Shown: positions 39,616 to 53,221 of the stretch, piece by piece
How positions within the stretch are numbered: the stretch's first letter is position 1
Layout of the letters: the number at the start of each line of letters is the position of its first letter
Source of the DNA: Vicugna vicugna
Lineage: Eukaryota
Direction: 5' to 3'
Assembly: GCA_013265495.1 (NCBI GenBank)
Contig: MU057584.1
Span: forward strand, 226,608 to 290,607
DNA: 64,000 bases
Translations under genes and position numbers: made by a program
Notes under the pieces: model-generated
Databases searched by the model: none
The model's input: only the letters and a program-made list of their open reading frames with translations
What the model was told of the DNA's origin: nothing

Positions 39616-42600
39616 TCCGACTCTCTGGTTTTAAGCCCCAGACACCACTTCCTGAAGCCTGCTGGTGCCACCCATTCTTGGACATTTTGAGGCCTCTTTT
39701 TCTAGAAAGTTCATAGAAATGGAATCAGGTGACATGTGGTCTTTCGTATCCAAACTCTTCTGCTCAGCTTCATGCATCTGAGATTCATCCAAGTTGCTGC
39801 GTGGATCAAGAGCTCATTGTTTCGTGGCTGGGTGGTCTTCCACTGTGTAGGGGGCCCATGATTTGTCCAGTCACCTGGTGGTGGACATTTGGGTTATTTA
39901 CAGCTGGGGCTGTGATGAACAATGCACGGACATACGGACAGGAGGGCCATCTTGGCTCTGGAGATCCTCCCTGCGTGGCTGGGACTCCATCAGGTTGACA
40001 CGCAGTCTATGTCCCCCTCTCCTTTGCTGTCACAGGTGTGTCTCCCAACCAAGCCTCTTGCACTGTTAACTCAGTCTCAGTGTCTGCTTTCCAGAGAACC
40101 CAGCCTGAGACACTCATGTAAAGCGCTCAGAAGAGTGCCTGGAACGCTGCTTATCCTTGCGATTATAATATGGATACAGGCACACAGATGCCTGCACATC
40201 TGGTGCCGGATGCCTGGGTACAGCTGCAGCCCACAGAAGTCCCCACTGAGGGGAGAAGAGCAGCGCCAGGACCTGCCCCACCTGGACCTGCCCATTGAGA
40301 ACTTTCCAGGTGCCTCCAAGGCTCAGCCCTAAAGAGGGAGGGGGGGTGAGGAGGGAGGGAGGGACTCAGACACCCAAGCAGAGAAAATAGAGAATTTCCC
40401 ACCCACTTTGTTCCGTCCTCAGCTTCCCATCCTGAAGCCATCTTCACTGGAGGAAGCCAGAATCTTGGTACCATTCTGAGTTTTCACATGGTAAAACGGC
40501 ACAGCATTCTCTTATTACTGATCTGAGACAGCTCTTGGGACAAAAGGTGGCTTCAAGGCCTTTTATTACTGAAGAGGATCTGAAACAAGAGTTGCTTCTG
40601 GGGACCCCGAACTCACCCAGGGCCCCTCCAGCCTTGGACCAGATGCCCAGCCTGGAAGGGAGAGGAGGGGCCGGATTCCAGCATCCCTTGGGGCAGTGGC
40701 AAACACACCTTGTGCAACTTCAAAATCCCAGTCTAGACACCAGACTGGCACTGGCTGACAAGAGTCTCTTTCCCGGGAAATGGGGGACTGAAACCAAGAG
40801 ATTCTGGCTCAGCCTCTTAAAGAGAGGATATGAAAACAGGAGCTGGAGACAGCCTCCTTTCCCCATGCTGGTCGCCGAGAGACAGGTGAGGCCGACCTGT
40901 AGGAGAGGAGAAGAAAGGCAAGCAGAAACACAGAAACAAGGTCGTGGGGGCTTTGATGAGATTCTGACTCTGCCTGTTTCCTTTCTCTTCTGAGACCTGG
41001 CTGAACCCTCTCACAACATGCACTGTGTCCCAGGACATACTCCTTCCTGTTTCAAGGTGTCCCAGTTTAGTGCCCCAGTTACTAGTGTTGCATAACAAAT
41101 TGCCCCAACTTTGAGCAGTTTGAAACAACTGCGTTATTCTCTTTCTCAATATCTATGGGTCAGGAAGGCAGGAAGGGCTCCGTGGGGGTAGTTCTGGCTT
41201 AGGATCCCTCAGGCTGGTACACCCAGCTATGCCCCTCCTTCAGGCATCTTATTTAAGCCATTACACTTGGGGGCAATTTGTTTGCACAGCAACAGATAAC
41301 ACATAGACCTAGAAAGTGGCGGAGCTGGGAACTGGATGGAGACTGGAGTCTATGACTGGGTTTTCCTCCCTAGGAAACTGAAGCTCCCAGGCTCAGGCAG
41401 CGCTGGGAAGACTTTGCGGGGATGTAGGTGGTGATGATTGGGGAAGGGGACAGATTTAATGATTTCCTGAAAGGGGAGGATGGAAGTTTTGTGAATGAGC
41501 CTGAGAGCCAGAAACAAGACAGACACACAAAAGGGTATAGAACGTGGTCTGACGCCTGCCTGTCTCTTCGGGAAAGCTTTTTGGTTCTAGTTTTAGTGCC
41601 TGTGTGTTTGCTTCTTTGTAACCCTACGCAGCTTTTAATTATGAAGAACTACAAACCTACCTACAAAGTAAGAGCAGTTAAATGAACCTCTATATCCCTT
41701 TACCTAGATTTCACAAATTATTAACATTTTGCCACATTGACTTTAGCATACTCCAAAAATTTTCTCATGCATTTAGAGGAAAGTATGCCAGACCTCAATA
41801 GACAGCTCAGCTTCTCAAAGCCAGCACCCAGGTAGGCATGAGCTAGAGCCTGAGACAGAGGCGGCCCTGCGCCCCTCCCAGTCACCACGCCCACCCTCCT
41901 CCCCAAAGGCAACTACTAGTATGAGTCTCACACCATATTGTTGAGGCAAATTTAGTGAGATTGTTTGTCTTCTGCGGAGGCTTAAAGATTCCTTGGAGAA
42001 TCAGCAGAAAGCTCTCTGGGCCTCCCTCCTAGATGAAAACGTGGATAAACGTGTTCCGCTGGCGCTCAGTTTGAAGAGATCCCCAGCCTTGAAGCTCCCT
42101 CGGGAAAGAACTCCCAGGAAAGGGCAGAAGCAGGGGCAGCTGGCAGGGCTCGCTGGGAAGTTATCTTTTAAAAAAAAACAATGTGAAGGGCACTTGGGTT
42201 TAATTTTGTGTTTACAATAAACCTTTCCCCCCCTAAATCTGCAGCCTCTTGGGAAGGATAGGATTCATTTACACACCTGTGCCTCTCTCATTCTGTTTGA
42301 CCCGCTTTGGCAAAGACTTCGTGGACGCTTGAGGCAATTTGCTGAAGCACCTTTTCTTTCTACAACAAAAATTAAATTTGGTTTTCACTGTTCGTTAAAT
42401 GTATTGTGAAATTTTGCAGCACTCTGACAGATGCAAACACATTTCAGAGGGGCTGAATTTAAGGTAAGCTAGTCATGAGAAGAAGGCACCCAGGACTTAG
42501 AAGCAGAAGTTCAGGACCCAGAAGCCTGCCTCCCTTGGGTGGGTGGAGGTGGTGTCTGCAGACCAGCTCAGCCTTAAACCTGAATAATGAATGTGAACAG

Positions 42601-42884
42601 TTACTGAGTGCTTCCTGTGTGCCCGGCACAGTCTTAAGAGCTTTATGGATTAAGTCACTTTATTCTCACATCAACCTTAGGATGAAGATATTAGTAATTT
42701 TACAAGCCAACTGGTGACACTAGAATTTGCACCCTGGCCATCCAGCTCAAAGTCTTTACTGTGCATGCACTCCTGGGCATATATCCAGAGGAAACTCTAA
42801 TTCAAACAGATACACACACCCCAATGTTCATGGCAGCACTATTTACAATAGCCAAGACATGGAAGCAACCTAAACGTCCATCAA

Positions 42885-43020
42885 TATCAAGATGGTTAGT
42901 CTGCCATCTTCTCGGTCTGCCCACTTTCTGAATAAAGTCGTTATTCCTTGCCCCAACACCTCATCTCCCGATTTATTGGCCTGTCGTGCATGGAGCAGAA
43001 CGAGCTTGGACTCGGTAACA
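42885..43020 (+). mobile_element. 3' end of an ERV1 (MER41-like) LTR abutting a short L1 fragment (~42768-42882)
   Basis: AATAAAGTCG…ATTGGCCTGTCGTGCATGGAGCAGAACGAGCTTGGACTCGGTAACA resembles the recalled MER41 LTR terminus. Confidence 0.6.
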
Positions 43021-46000
43021 GAGATAATGAGAAATATTCTGGAGGAAGAGCTAATAGGACTTGGTGACCTATTGGATGGGGGTGTGAGAGACAGAGAGGA
43101 GCTAGGGGTGACTCCAAAACGTGGAAGGGCTGAAGGTGGCGAGGTGAATAGCAGAGATGCAGTCACCACGGAGGTGCTGGGGGCAGGGCAGAGTGGAGAT
43201 AGGTAACAAAGTCAAGTTCCCGCATGGGGCTTGAGGAGCCTGTGGGTCTGTACATGGCAACTTGCAGGAGACAACTGAATGGATTGTTCAGGGTCTCGGC
43301 AGGGAGGTGGGCACAAGAAAAGGATGTTCGGGAAACACGGAGCAGGGGACAATGGTGTGCTTGTAAACTAGTTCTCTGGTGGAGTAAAAGCCCTGATTTG
43401 TCATGCTTGTCAATTTCTGTGATGCACATACTCCCACCATGGCCAATTTTAAGCTTCTAGTAGTTTAACAACTAGCGGGTATTCCCGAATATTCAACAGC
43501 TCAACCCAGCTGGCAGGAGTGGGCTCCAGTAGCCACTGGAAGGGGTGGAGGCACTACGAACCCTGCTAATTCACATCCGGCAAGCACTAACACTGTCTGA
43601 CTGGCATCACACCCTCACAATGCGCTTTCCTTCTCTCAAAGGGGAAAAATGGAGATGCAAACAGGTGCTTTGCTCAAGCCATAGCCACCAACCAGCAAGT
43701 GGAGAGACTGGGATTCGAACCCAGAAGACAGGTATGATGCTGCGGAAGTGTTGATACTTTGACTGCTGTGCCCCAGAAGCTTCCTGAACTGAGCACTCAC
43801 CGCCCACGGGGCACTGCCCAAGGACTGTTAATTCCTAACGACCCTAGAGGTAGATTCTATCATTACCGCCTTTTTACACGTAGGGAAACTGTGGGTAGAA
43901 AGATCGAGAGCTCACAGCTGGCTGGTGGTGAAGGCAGGACTGGCACCCACCCTCAGCCCACAGGTCAGGCTCCATCCTCCACCCTTATTTCAATTCAGAT
44001 CATGGAATCTTACTGAGAATCTGAGCTCAGTGATTTCAGAAAGGTTTTATCACCCTTTTATTTCAGTCCATATTATGTCACCAACATTTCCTCACATTGT
44101 TCAATTTATTTACCAAACCCAAAACAATTTTAGTGACTGAGTGATTTTTCCAGTTGGGACAATCAGGACAAGGGAAACTGGCAAAACAGAATGGGGTTTG
44201 GGGGAGATAAATCCTGGAAGTCACAGTGGGTGTGGCTTGGGAGGCTGAGAGGTGGGAAAGCTCGGACCCTCCCAGTGGTCAGAGCCTTCGGGTCAGCACC
44301 CCTCCAGCACACCACTGGCCCTGCTGAAATAAGGAACTGCATCTGTGCTCACTGTGGATTCTAAGTCAGGGGAGCTTGAGGGAATCTGTCTCCCTCTCAG
44401 TGGCCAAAACTGTGAGAGGAGAGCTTGGGGACTATGAGTAGCTATGTTCTGGCCTCTGTGGAGAAAGCCAGGCTGTAAGAAGAGATAAGAGCAAACCCAG
44501 GGCACAGAGGGAGGCAGATATGAAAAAGAGAGGAAGAAATCCCTTTGAGGGTTTGAGCCTATGGTTCTAGGTGTCCTAGAGACACATCTCCACAACTGTC
44601 TTGAAATTCCCTTACAGCACATTTCCCTTTTTCCTTAAACTACTTCAAGTTGGGTTCCTGCCATGGAAACCCAAAAGAATTTCAAGAAATACTCCTGCCT
44701 TGACAGGATGCACCCTGGATTTCTCCTCCATGAGAGAGCATTTTGTCAAGACTAGGTTCTGGTGCAAGGAACAGAAAACCCCAAAATCAAATGACCCAAA
44801 TAAGTTGAAAGTTTAATTTGCTTTTACATAAACAGAATCTAGAGGCAGAGCATCCAGGGCTAATGTGGCAGCTTCATAATCATGGACTTAGCCTCCTTTC
44901 ATATTATTGCTCTGTCATCTTTAGTATATAACTTGTGATCCAAGATGGCTGCTGGAGCTCCAGCCATCATATCCACATTCCAGTCAGTAGTGCAAAGAAA
45001 GAAGGGGTTTTTAAAAAATGCTCTTTAAGGCCAAACCCTGAAGTCCCAGATAACACATCTATTTATCTATTGGCCAAAATCTAGTCACATGGCAACACTT
45101 AATTGAGGGGAACATAGACAATACAATTTTTGGTGGGCCAGCGTGTCCATTTAAAAATCAATGTTTGTATTACCAAGGAAGAAAGGGGCATGGATACCAG
45201 GGGAATCTCTTCCAAAATCTTATCCTTCTACAGAGATGGAGGGCATCTTGAACCTTCAGCCAGTTTACAGGCTCTCTAAACTGAGAAGTTTCCTGACAGG
45301 TGTTCAGAGAACTGGTTGCACCAAAAAGAAACTCATCAGTGGGCCAGTGGATGTAGCTCACCTAGAGCAGGTGGTAGCCTGGGGAGCAGGCATAAGGCCA
45401 AGGAGCTGTTGATCTCCTGTTAGAGCCCAGCTCTGTCCCTTCTTATCAAGAGAGGAAACCATCCCAGCCTCACCCAGGGCAAGGTCCCTGCCTGCCCAGC
45501 TGGGAGCCGATGCTAATCAGTAACCCAAATTTCCCATGAGGCAGCCACAGTGAGTGATTTCCTGTGGTTCCCAGAAGCTGTAAATGGAGTGGGGCCCTGG
45601 ACTCCTGTAACCCCCAGAGATGGAAGACCCAACCCCCTACCCGTGTCTGGACAAACACCCATCATACCATTGTTCTCACCCAACATACACACCTCCACCA
45701 CCAGGAGGCACCATTCACCCGGAGCACATCCAACAGAGTTACGCAAGGCAGTGGCATCTTGGTCCACATCCTCATGGGGTAAGAAGAAGGGACATAAGAA
45801 CCAGATTGAGGGGGTGTATCCTTACCCCACTGGCATCAGCTTCAAGAGAAGAGCACAGCAAGGTGGGGCAGGAGGGGGTGGAATAATAACTCCTCTTACA
45901 GCCCAAGTGACAGGGTCACAGCCAAGCAACAAGAATTTGGTGGCAAGTGGAGGATGGACTGGAGCTGGAGGGATAGGGAGACCAGCTGCAGGAGGGCTCT

Positions 46001-46523
46001 GAGCCGCTGAGAGAAGAGCAGAGGGCACCCTGACCCAGGCAGCACATCCTGAACTATCTGAACTAACTAGTCCCTTGGCCATACTTGTTAGGGTTCTGAC
46101 CAGCAATCCAGGGGGAGGAATTGGACGCTGAGAGCAGCAACCAGTCTGTATCCTTTAGACACTTGGAGAAAGTGGGAAGGGTGCTTCAGGCTAAGGGAAC
46201 AGCAGGGGCAAAGACATGGCTGTAGCCTTCTCATTGGGATCTCCAAATCACCAGGCAGGCACATGGCTGGGAGAATCACCCTGTGGAAGGCACGGCGTGA
46301 TCCCATCACTCATCTCTGTCCCTCCCACACTCAGTAGGTGAAGTTGGCAGGATCACATTTAGAAGACCACGAATTTACAGGATTGTAGGCTTATATATTA
46401 AAAGTCCGAAGCTCAAAGGAAGGCTTCTCAATATTGTTCATCCATTGGAAATACCTGGGGAGACTTTCAAATACTGGTGAGGGGATAAGTGAGCTGTACA
46501 CTGTACATCTGCACAATGGAATA

Positions 46524-47423
46524 CAGTTGCCCCTCAAACAACGTGGGGACTAGGGGCACAGACCCCCTGTACAGTCGAAACTCCACATATAACTTTGGCT
46601 CCCCCAAAACTTAACTACTAAGAGCCTACTGTTGACTGGAAGCCTTACTGATAAACAGTTTGACCAACACATATTCTCTACATTAGATGTATTATATACT
46701 GTATTCTTACAATAAAGTAAGCTAAAGAAAATGTTAGTAAGAAAATCAGAAGAGAGAAAAAAATCCTTTTACAATACTGTCCTGTATTTATCAGTACGTA
46801 AGTTTGCACTATTTACAAGACGAACCATCTGTCAGTACCTACCCAAATACGTGATACAAAACACTGCAGATGTTATATACGTATTACCAACACTCAACAT
46901 CAAAAATGAAAAGATAACGTGCAAAACAAATTCTTTCTTGTTTACAACCACAACAACCCATGCACTGATAATGAAGAAGCAGTAATAAGACTGCTTTATG
47001 GTAGGTAGCCTAGTGCAACCAGTATAATTGAGTCATGGTAGCCTGGCCTATAAATTTTTATGGCATACAAATCTATACAGTATTGGAAACGTCACATTTT
47101 AAAAAAAAAGCACGTACCTTTGAGTATAGACTGACACACAGTTTCTCCAATTATGGGTTGAGGCGGGGCGGGAAGGGAGGGAGGAGGAGGGCATACTCCA
47201 CAGTAATGCAATTCTTTGAAAGCAAAGTCATAAAACAGTAAGAAAACTAACACATTGATTTTATATTAAGTATCATTCACCTTATGCCTATGTTTAAGGA
47301 TAGGCACTTCAAAATAAGAATGGCATGCGACGTTCTATACATATATTCTTGTATATTTATTGAAAAAATCCACGTAGAAGTGGACCCATGCAGTTCAAAC
47401 CCATGCTGTTCAAGGGTCAACTC
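46524..47423 (+). mobile_element. Tigger2-family DNA transposon (internally deleted)
   Basis: Terminal inverted repeats CAGTTGCCCCTCAAACAAC and GCTGTTCAAGGGTCAACTC, with TA at 46522-23 and 47424-25. Confidence 0.85.
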
Positions 47424-48089
47424 TAATTGGCAATAAAAAGGGATGAAATACCGAGACATGCAAGCACGTCGTTGAATTTCAAAACCATTGTCCTGAGTGA
47501 AATGGATGCTCAAAATGTACTTAAAAGAGTGTATTCAGTGTGATTCTACTGATAAGAAATGCTAAGAAAGACAAATCTAATCTTTGGGGAAAAAAAAAAA
47601 AGACCAATCAGCAGTTTCCTGGGGTGCGAGATTAACTGCAAAGAGGCACAAAGGAATCTTTCAGAGTCATGAAAATGTTCTGTATCTTACTACTATTATA
47701 TACAAAATAGATAAACAACAAGGCCCTATTCAACTTTTGCACAGGGAACTATATTCAATATCTTGTAATAACTTATAATGATAAAGAATATGAAAAAGAA
47801 TATATGTATAACTGAATCACTATTCTGTACACCAGAAACTAACACAACATTGTAAATCAACTATACTTTAACAGTTCTGTATCTTGACTGTAGTGGTGAT
47901 TACGTGGGTCAAATATGTCAAAATTTCCACTTAAAACAAGTACATTTTAATGGATGTATATTATAATACGATAAAGTAAATTTTTAAAGTATATTGCTAT
48001 CCTGGTCTGCCTTTAGAGATTATGATTTGCTTGGTTTGGGGTAGAGCTTGGGCACTAGAATTTTGATAAGCAATTCCAAAACATCTGGC

Positions 48090-48280
48090 AGCAGCAGTCT
48101 TCCAGGTGCGCCCTGCAGATGTGCATCAGAGTCACAGGAGTTTGTTAATGCAGATTCCTGGCTTCTACCCCAGAGGTTCTGATGCTGTAGGGCTGGGGAG
48201 GGATTGGGATCCTCATTTCAACGAGCTCCCCAGGTGATTCTCGAATGCTCTAGAATTCTCTAGAACTTGAGAGCAATTGG
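48090..48280. mobile_element. MER5-like hAT-Charlie element
   Basis: GCATCAGAGTCAC…TTAATGCAGATTCCTGG…CTCCCCAGGTGATTCT. Confidence 0.65.
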
Positions 48281-48424
48281 CTTAGAATGTGCTGTGGGTT
48301 GGGTCCTGCTCCCAGGGAAAACTAGGGGCTGAAAAGAATACAGAGCTGGGCCTTGCTGTGTGCCCTTGAGCCAGGCTCCCAACCTCTCTGATTCTGCTTT
48401 ACCTTGCACACCTCAGAACACACA

Positions 48425-48680
48425 ACTGTCCACTACAGTGGCCACTAGCCATGTGTGGCTAGTGAGCACCTGAAACGCAGGTGGTCTGCTTTGAGATGTG
48501 CTCCAAGTGTAAAATACACACTGGATTTGGAGGATTTAGTACCAAAAAAAAGAATGTAAAGTATCTCATTAGTTATATTTTCTATTGAATATATATTGAA
48601 ATAACAACTTTATGGATTACTGGGTTAAATAAAATATATTATTTAAATTAATTTTAAATATTTCTTTTTGCTTTTTTTAA
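48425..48680. mobile_element. MER3/MER33-like hAT element fragment
   Basis: GCCACTAGCCATGTGTGGCTA…GTAAAATACACACTGGATTT. Confidence 0.65.
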
Positions 48681-49967
48681 TCCCCAAATTTCTTTAACCA
48701 TGAAACCACTTTTTTTCCCAATGGGAAATGCATTTTTTGTGGAATTCTACTTAGAGCGCTCCAGAAAAGACAAGTCCTGATTGGCCAAAGGCTGAGCCAA
48801 TCATGATGCTCCCATTCCCAGCAATAGGCATCTGACCTGGTTCTGGCCAATGCCAAGTGAGAGGAAGTCTGTGGGGGGCTGATGGGAAAGATTTTATTGG
48901 CTCTTGAAGAGAACTAGCTGGTCCTGGCTTCTGCTTTCAGAAGCTGTTGTTGGCCCATATGGTGATCATTTTGGACTGGGGAGGGACTCGGCCCTGGAGT
49001 TCAACCTGCTAAGGGCCGGGAACGGAGATGCAGAACCTGGGTCTTCAGTGTTATCTCCGAGACACTGTGTTAACCAACCCAGAACTGCCCTATCATTGGA
49101 ATCCCTGCTGCATAGGATCATATATGTCAGAGTTTTAAACTATTTTAAGTTGGGTTATCTTTTTTTTTTTTTTGCAGCCAAAAGCATGATATTTTGGAGG
49201 CTGGTTTTCTTACCTGATCATAGTCCAGGCTCAGTTAAGTATAGGATGGGATAAGGAGCAGGGAGACAGAGGGCAAGAAGGAATGTCCATTAAAAGGTTT
49301 TAAAATACGAGATGAACATTATGGGAAAGAACACAGTGCCACCCGCCCCCCGCCCAAGTAAGACCTGAAGACTGGAGTTGTAACCATTGTAGACTTCTCA
49401 ACTTTGTGAGAATACAAGAGATTTTCAAATGCAACTCCCTGAGAGGTGAGGCGATTGTGCAGAGGCAGGTTTTTTCTGAGATTTGAGATAGCTGAATGTC
49501 ACTGCTAACCTCGAGTTAGGATACAGCTTAAAGTGACAGGTCATTGAGTCCAAAAGACTGGCCTTTCACAGCCATCCTGGAACAGCTCGAACTAAAATTT
49601 TTACTTTTCTCTCCTATGTCATTTCTTTATTTTGAATGGGTGCAAAATGTTGCATGCCTCATGTTCTATACTTTAGAACATTCCCATTTCCTTTTACATT
49701 ATAAAAGTTTTGACCATGTTGAAGCTGCTTCTTTGTTCTCCTCTCAACACTAAAAAGAAATGTGATTGCAAGACTTGGTCTTGGAACTCTAGGCTGTTCT
49801 AACTGGTAACAAAAATCTCAGCAACAAGAAAGAAAATGTTCTCTCTTCTCCTGCAGCTTCTGAAAAGCAGACTCTTTTTACAAATGTTACAAACAAAGGA
49901 GTCTTATAAGACACCCAGACTTCAAAAATTGAGGTTGCTGCATCCTTTGAGAGCCCCCATTAACCTG

Positions 49968-50345
49968 CTGTGTTAGTTTGCTAAGGCCGCCCTAACAAAA
50001 TACCACAGGCAAGGTGGCTTAAACAACAAAGTTTTTTCTCATAGTTCTGGAAGCTGGAAGTCCAAGGTCAAGGTGCTAGCAGAGTTGGTTTCTCCTGAGG
50101 TCTCTCCAGCTTGCAGATGGGTAACATCTTGCTGTGTTCTCAGCTGACCTTTCCCTGTGTGCACGAGCATCTCTGGTGTCTCTTCCTCTTCCTATAAGAT
50201 CACTGAATCAATTGGATTAGGGCTCCACCATTATGACCTCATTTAAACTTAATTACCTCTTTAAAGGACTGTCTCCAATACAGTCACACTGGGGTTTAGG
50301 GGCTCAATGTATGAATTTGAGGGGGACACAATTTAGTCCATAATA
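49968..50345 (-). mobile_element. MaLR MLT1A/B-type LTR
   Basis: TGTGTTAGTTTGCTAAGGC…GTTCTGGAAGCTGGAAGTCCAAGGTCAAGG…ACCTCATTTAAACTTAATTACCTC…ATTTAGTCCATAATA. Confidence 0.85.
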
Positions 50346-50908
50346 CTTCCCAAATCTAGACTGGTTGTCTTAATAATAATCTGTTGCCTCAGGTAATAAG
50401 ATCCACAATGATGCTCCCTTTTCCTGAAAAGTGCCAAGACTTCAGTTTTCATTGTCACTTCTCTCTTCTTCCATCCTCATGGAGCTAAAAAGAACACCTG
50501 TGATTCTGCTCGATCCTTTTTATTTAAACAAACAGTGTTGTATCGTTTAAATTGTTTACCTCCTTTTGCTGTATGGGCCATGGCTGAAAACAGCAAGGCA
50601 AGAAAACTGCTTTCACTTGGGAGGTGCTATTGCACTTGTGTTTTCTAAATGTTGGGAGGATGGGTCTGGTGTGTGACATTCTTGTGCATCTGATTTGATT
50701 TAGGATTGGATTGATTAAATTGTGAGAGACTGAAAGGGACAGACCCACGCCAGGGGTAGACAATTAGGTATCCTCTGATGGAAAAGGTAAAGAATGCTGA
50801 TGCCACCAGACCCCACAAGCTGAAGAACTGAGGCTGCAGAACTGCCCCACCAGGGGAGATGCTCCCTCCACCATCACTGAAAGGTGGGGAATCAAAAAAC
50901 TGCAGCTA

Positions 50909-51351
50909 CAGGCATACCTCAAGATATTACTGGTTCAGCTCTAGACCATTGCAATAAAGCAAATATCATAACAAAGCAAGTCACAGGAATTTCTTGGCTT
51001 CCCAGTGCGTATAAAAGTTGTAGTCTATTAAACGTGCAATAGCATTATGTCTAAAAAATGCACATACCTTAATTTGAAAATACTTTATTACTAAAAAATG
51101 CTAACCATCATCTGAGCCTTCAGCGAGTTGTAGTAGCAACATCAAAGATCACTAATCACAAATCACCATAACAAATATAATCATAATGATAAAGGTTGAA
51201 ATACTGCAAGAATTACCAAAATGTGACACAGAGACGAAGTGAGCAAATGGAAAAATTGCGCTCGCTGATAGACTTGTTCAACACAGGGTTGCCACAAACC
51301 TTCAATTTGTTAAAAACAAAACAAAACAAAACAAAAAAACTAACAGGCCTG
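50909..51351 (+). mobile_element. Tigger1-derived non-autonomous DNA transposon
   Basis: TA followed by CAGGCATACCTC (5' TIR); 3' part CAGGGTTGCCACAAACCTTCAATTTGT. Confidence 0.85.
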
Positions 51352-53112
51352 TGCTCCAGAACCACATCACGCTTGCTGGATTCAGAAAGAGAAGAACCTC
51401 TCAAAATGCATGAAGCCAGTCACTATCAGTGTCTCAGAAAAAAAAACCCAACCAAAAAAAAAAAAAACCAACCAAAAAACCCACCAGCCTGTTCATGACT
51501 GTGCTTTCCAAAATATGTGGCAAAAGCATCGTAAGCAGAATCTATGTTCCACTTTCTCTTTCCAAATCTCATGCAAGTGGGTCAGATTGGCAGAACCCTG
51601 GTTTCAAGGGATGTAAGGAAGTGTAGTTTTAGCTATATGAAGGCACGCCAGAAGAAGGAAGGCTCGGATGGTGAGCAAATGAATCCACAATTTAAAATCC
51701 CTGGGACATTTTCTTTTCAGCTTCCTATATCCAGGGGGAAACCCATACCTGGTCTTTCCCTGCTTAGGGAGGGCCTGATTTGCAGAAGAAGATCCAGATA
51801 ACCTCTGGTTTCTTTACACCTACTTTTCTACCAGCATTTGGGTGGAGCTTTAAGATCTCAATGAACATCACCCCTCATCCTGGCCTGCAGGCAGAAACAA
51901 CTGAGAGAGAGAAAGAGATGCAGGAGTAAGCAAAAGGGAGGGTACCACGATGGCTTTATTATCTGAACAATAAACAATAGCAGGAAACATGGCCAGGTCC
52001 TGTGGTCCATTGGGTTTGCCATCACCTTCCCCTACTTTCTGCTGCCTCCAAACTGAATGGCTTAAAATTTGTCTGTGTGTAACAGATTCAAAATGACAAT
52101 AACTTAAATTACAAATACTCAGACAGGGGCTATGAGTTTGGGGAGGAAAATACCATAGAGGTGAAGTGCCCTTCTTATCACAACATATTAGGAGCTACAT
52201 AATATTCACATGACATCACTAGTGATGGTGGACTAAGCTATCTGACCCTAATAAAAGAGAAGTGACTTATTAAGATGTCACATTTGCCATTTGCCTTCTT
52301 TCTTCCTATTTAAGTAGTCAATCCCTTCCCCAAGTTAACTATGGACTCAGTGATGGTTTGTCATGATTTCTATGTAAGTAATTTAGCTATTTCTTGGAAT
52401 GTAAGAAAGGGTTTATTTAAATTGCATCCTACTTTGGTTGGACTGTAAAATCAAGCTACGTACCTGATTGCTCCTGGCCCTCTTCTATTTTTTTAAAAAA
52501 CAAATTTTAAAAAATTTAATTGTGTTTTACAAACTCTCATAATATAAAATTTACCATCTTAACCATTTTTAAGGTGCAGTTCAGTAATGTTAAGTATCTT
52601 CACATCATTATGTAACAGACTGGGTCTCATGCTCTTTTGGTGATACACCAAAAATTTCCTCAGTCATGTGGACAGAAATGTTTTATTTTCATCTGCATGA
52701 ATGTAATTAGTATATTAGTATATAATTTGGGGGCGTTAATATTTTAAAACTGACTTGAGCTTATTTTAGTTCAGTCATTTTAAAGAAAACTATTGAGTAA
52801 ACAAATTAAAATGGATGTGGGTGTGCATATGGAAGGATTTATGATGTGGTATGAGAAAGACTGAAGCTTGTGAACCACTGACCTGCTAAATTCTCCTTCT
52901 CCCCCAGGGTCAGTGTAACCATCGCCTCCGCAAGGGGCTTCCCCTCCCCATCCTCAGTCTCTGCTAGATCCCAAGTCATATGCTCTCAAAACTCTATTTT
53001 TCACTTTTCCTTTCGAAGTTCTTTTGGAGGCAAGTAACTGAATTCCAAATCAAACTGTTCTAGGAAGATCAGTGAGAATATATATAGACTCACATAAAAC
53101 AAAATATGAAGG

Positions 53113-53221
53113 AGGGAGGTGTGTATAGTTAGCTCAGTGGTAGAGCACATGCTTAGCATGCTTGAGGTCCTCAGTCCAATCCCCAGTACCGCCATTAAAA
53201 ATAATTAAATAAAAAATATGA
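53113..53221 (+). mobile_element. tRNA-derived SINE (Vic-1-like)
   Basis: AGCTCAGTGGTAGAGCACATGCTTAGCATG…; flanked by AAAATATGAAGGA direct repeats. Confidence 0.88.

Noticed and set aside
45230..46320. Possible retroviral protease or gag remnant (…CPDTGRG…)
   Set aside because: Only a DTG triplet and no convincing flanking motifs; it may be old ERV internal sequence, but I cannot support that.
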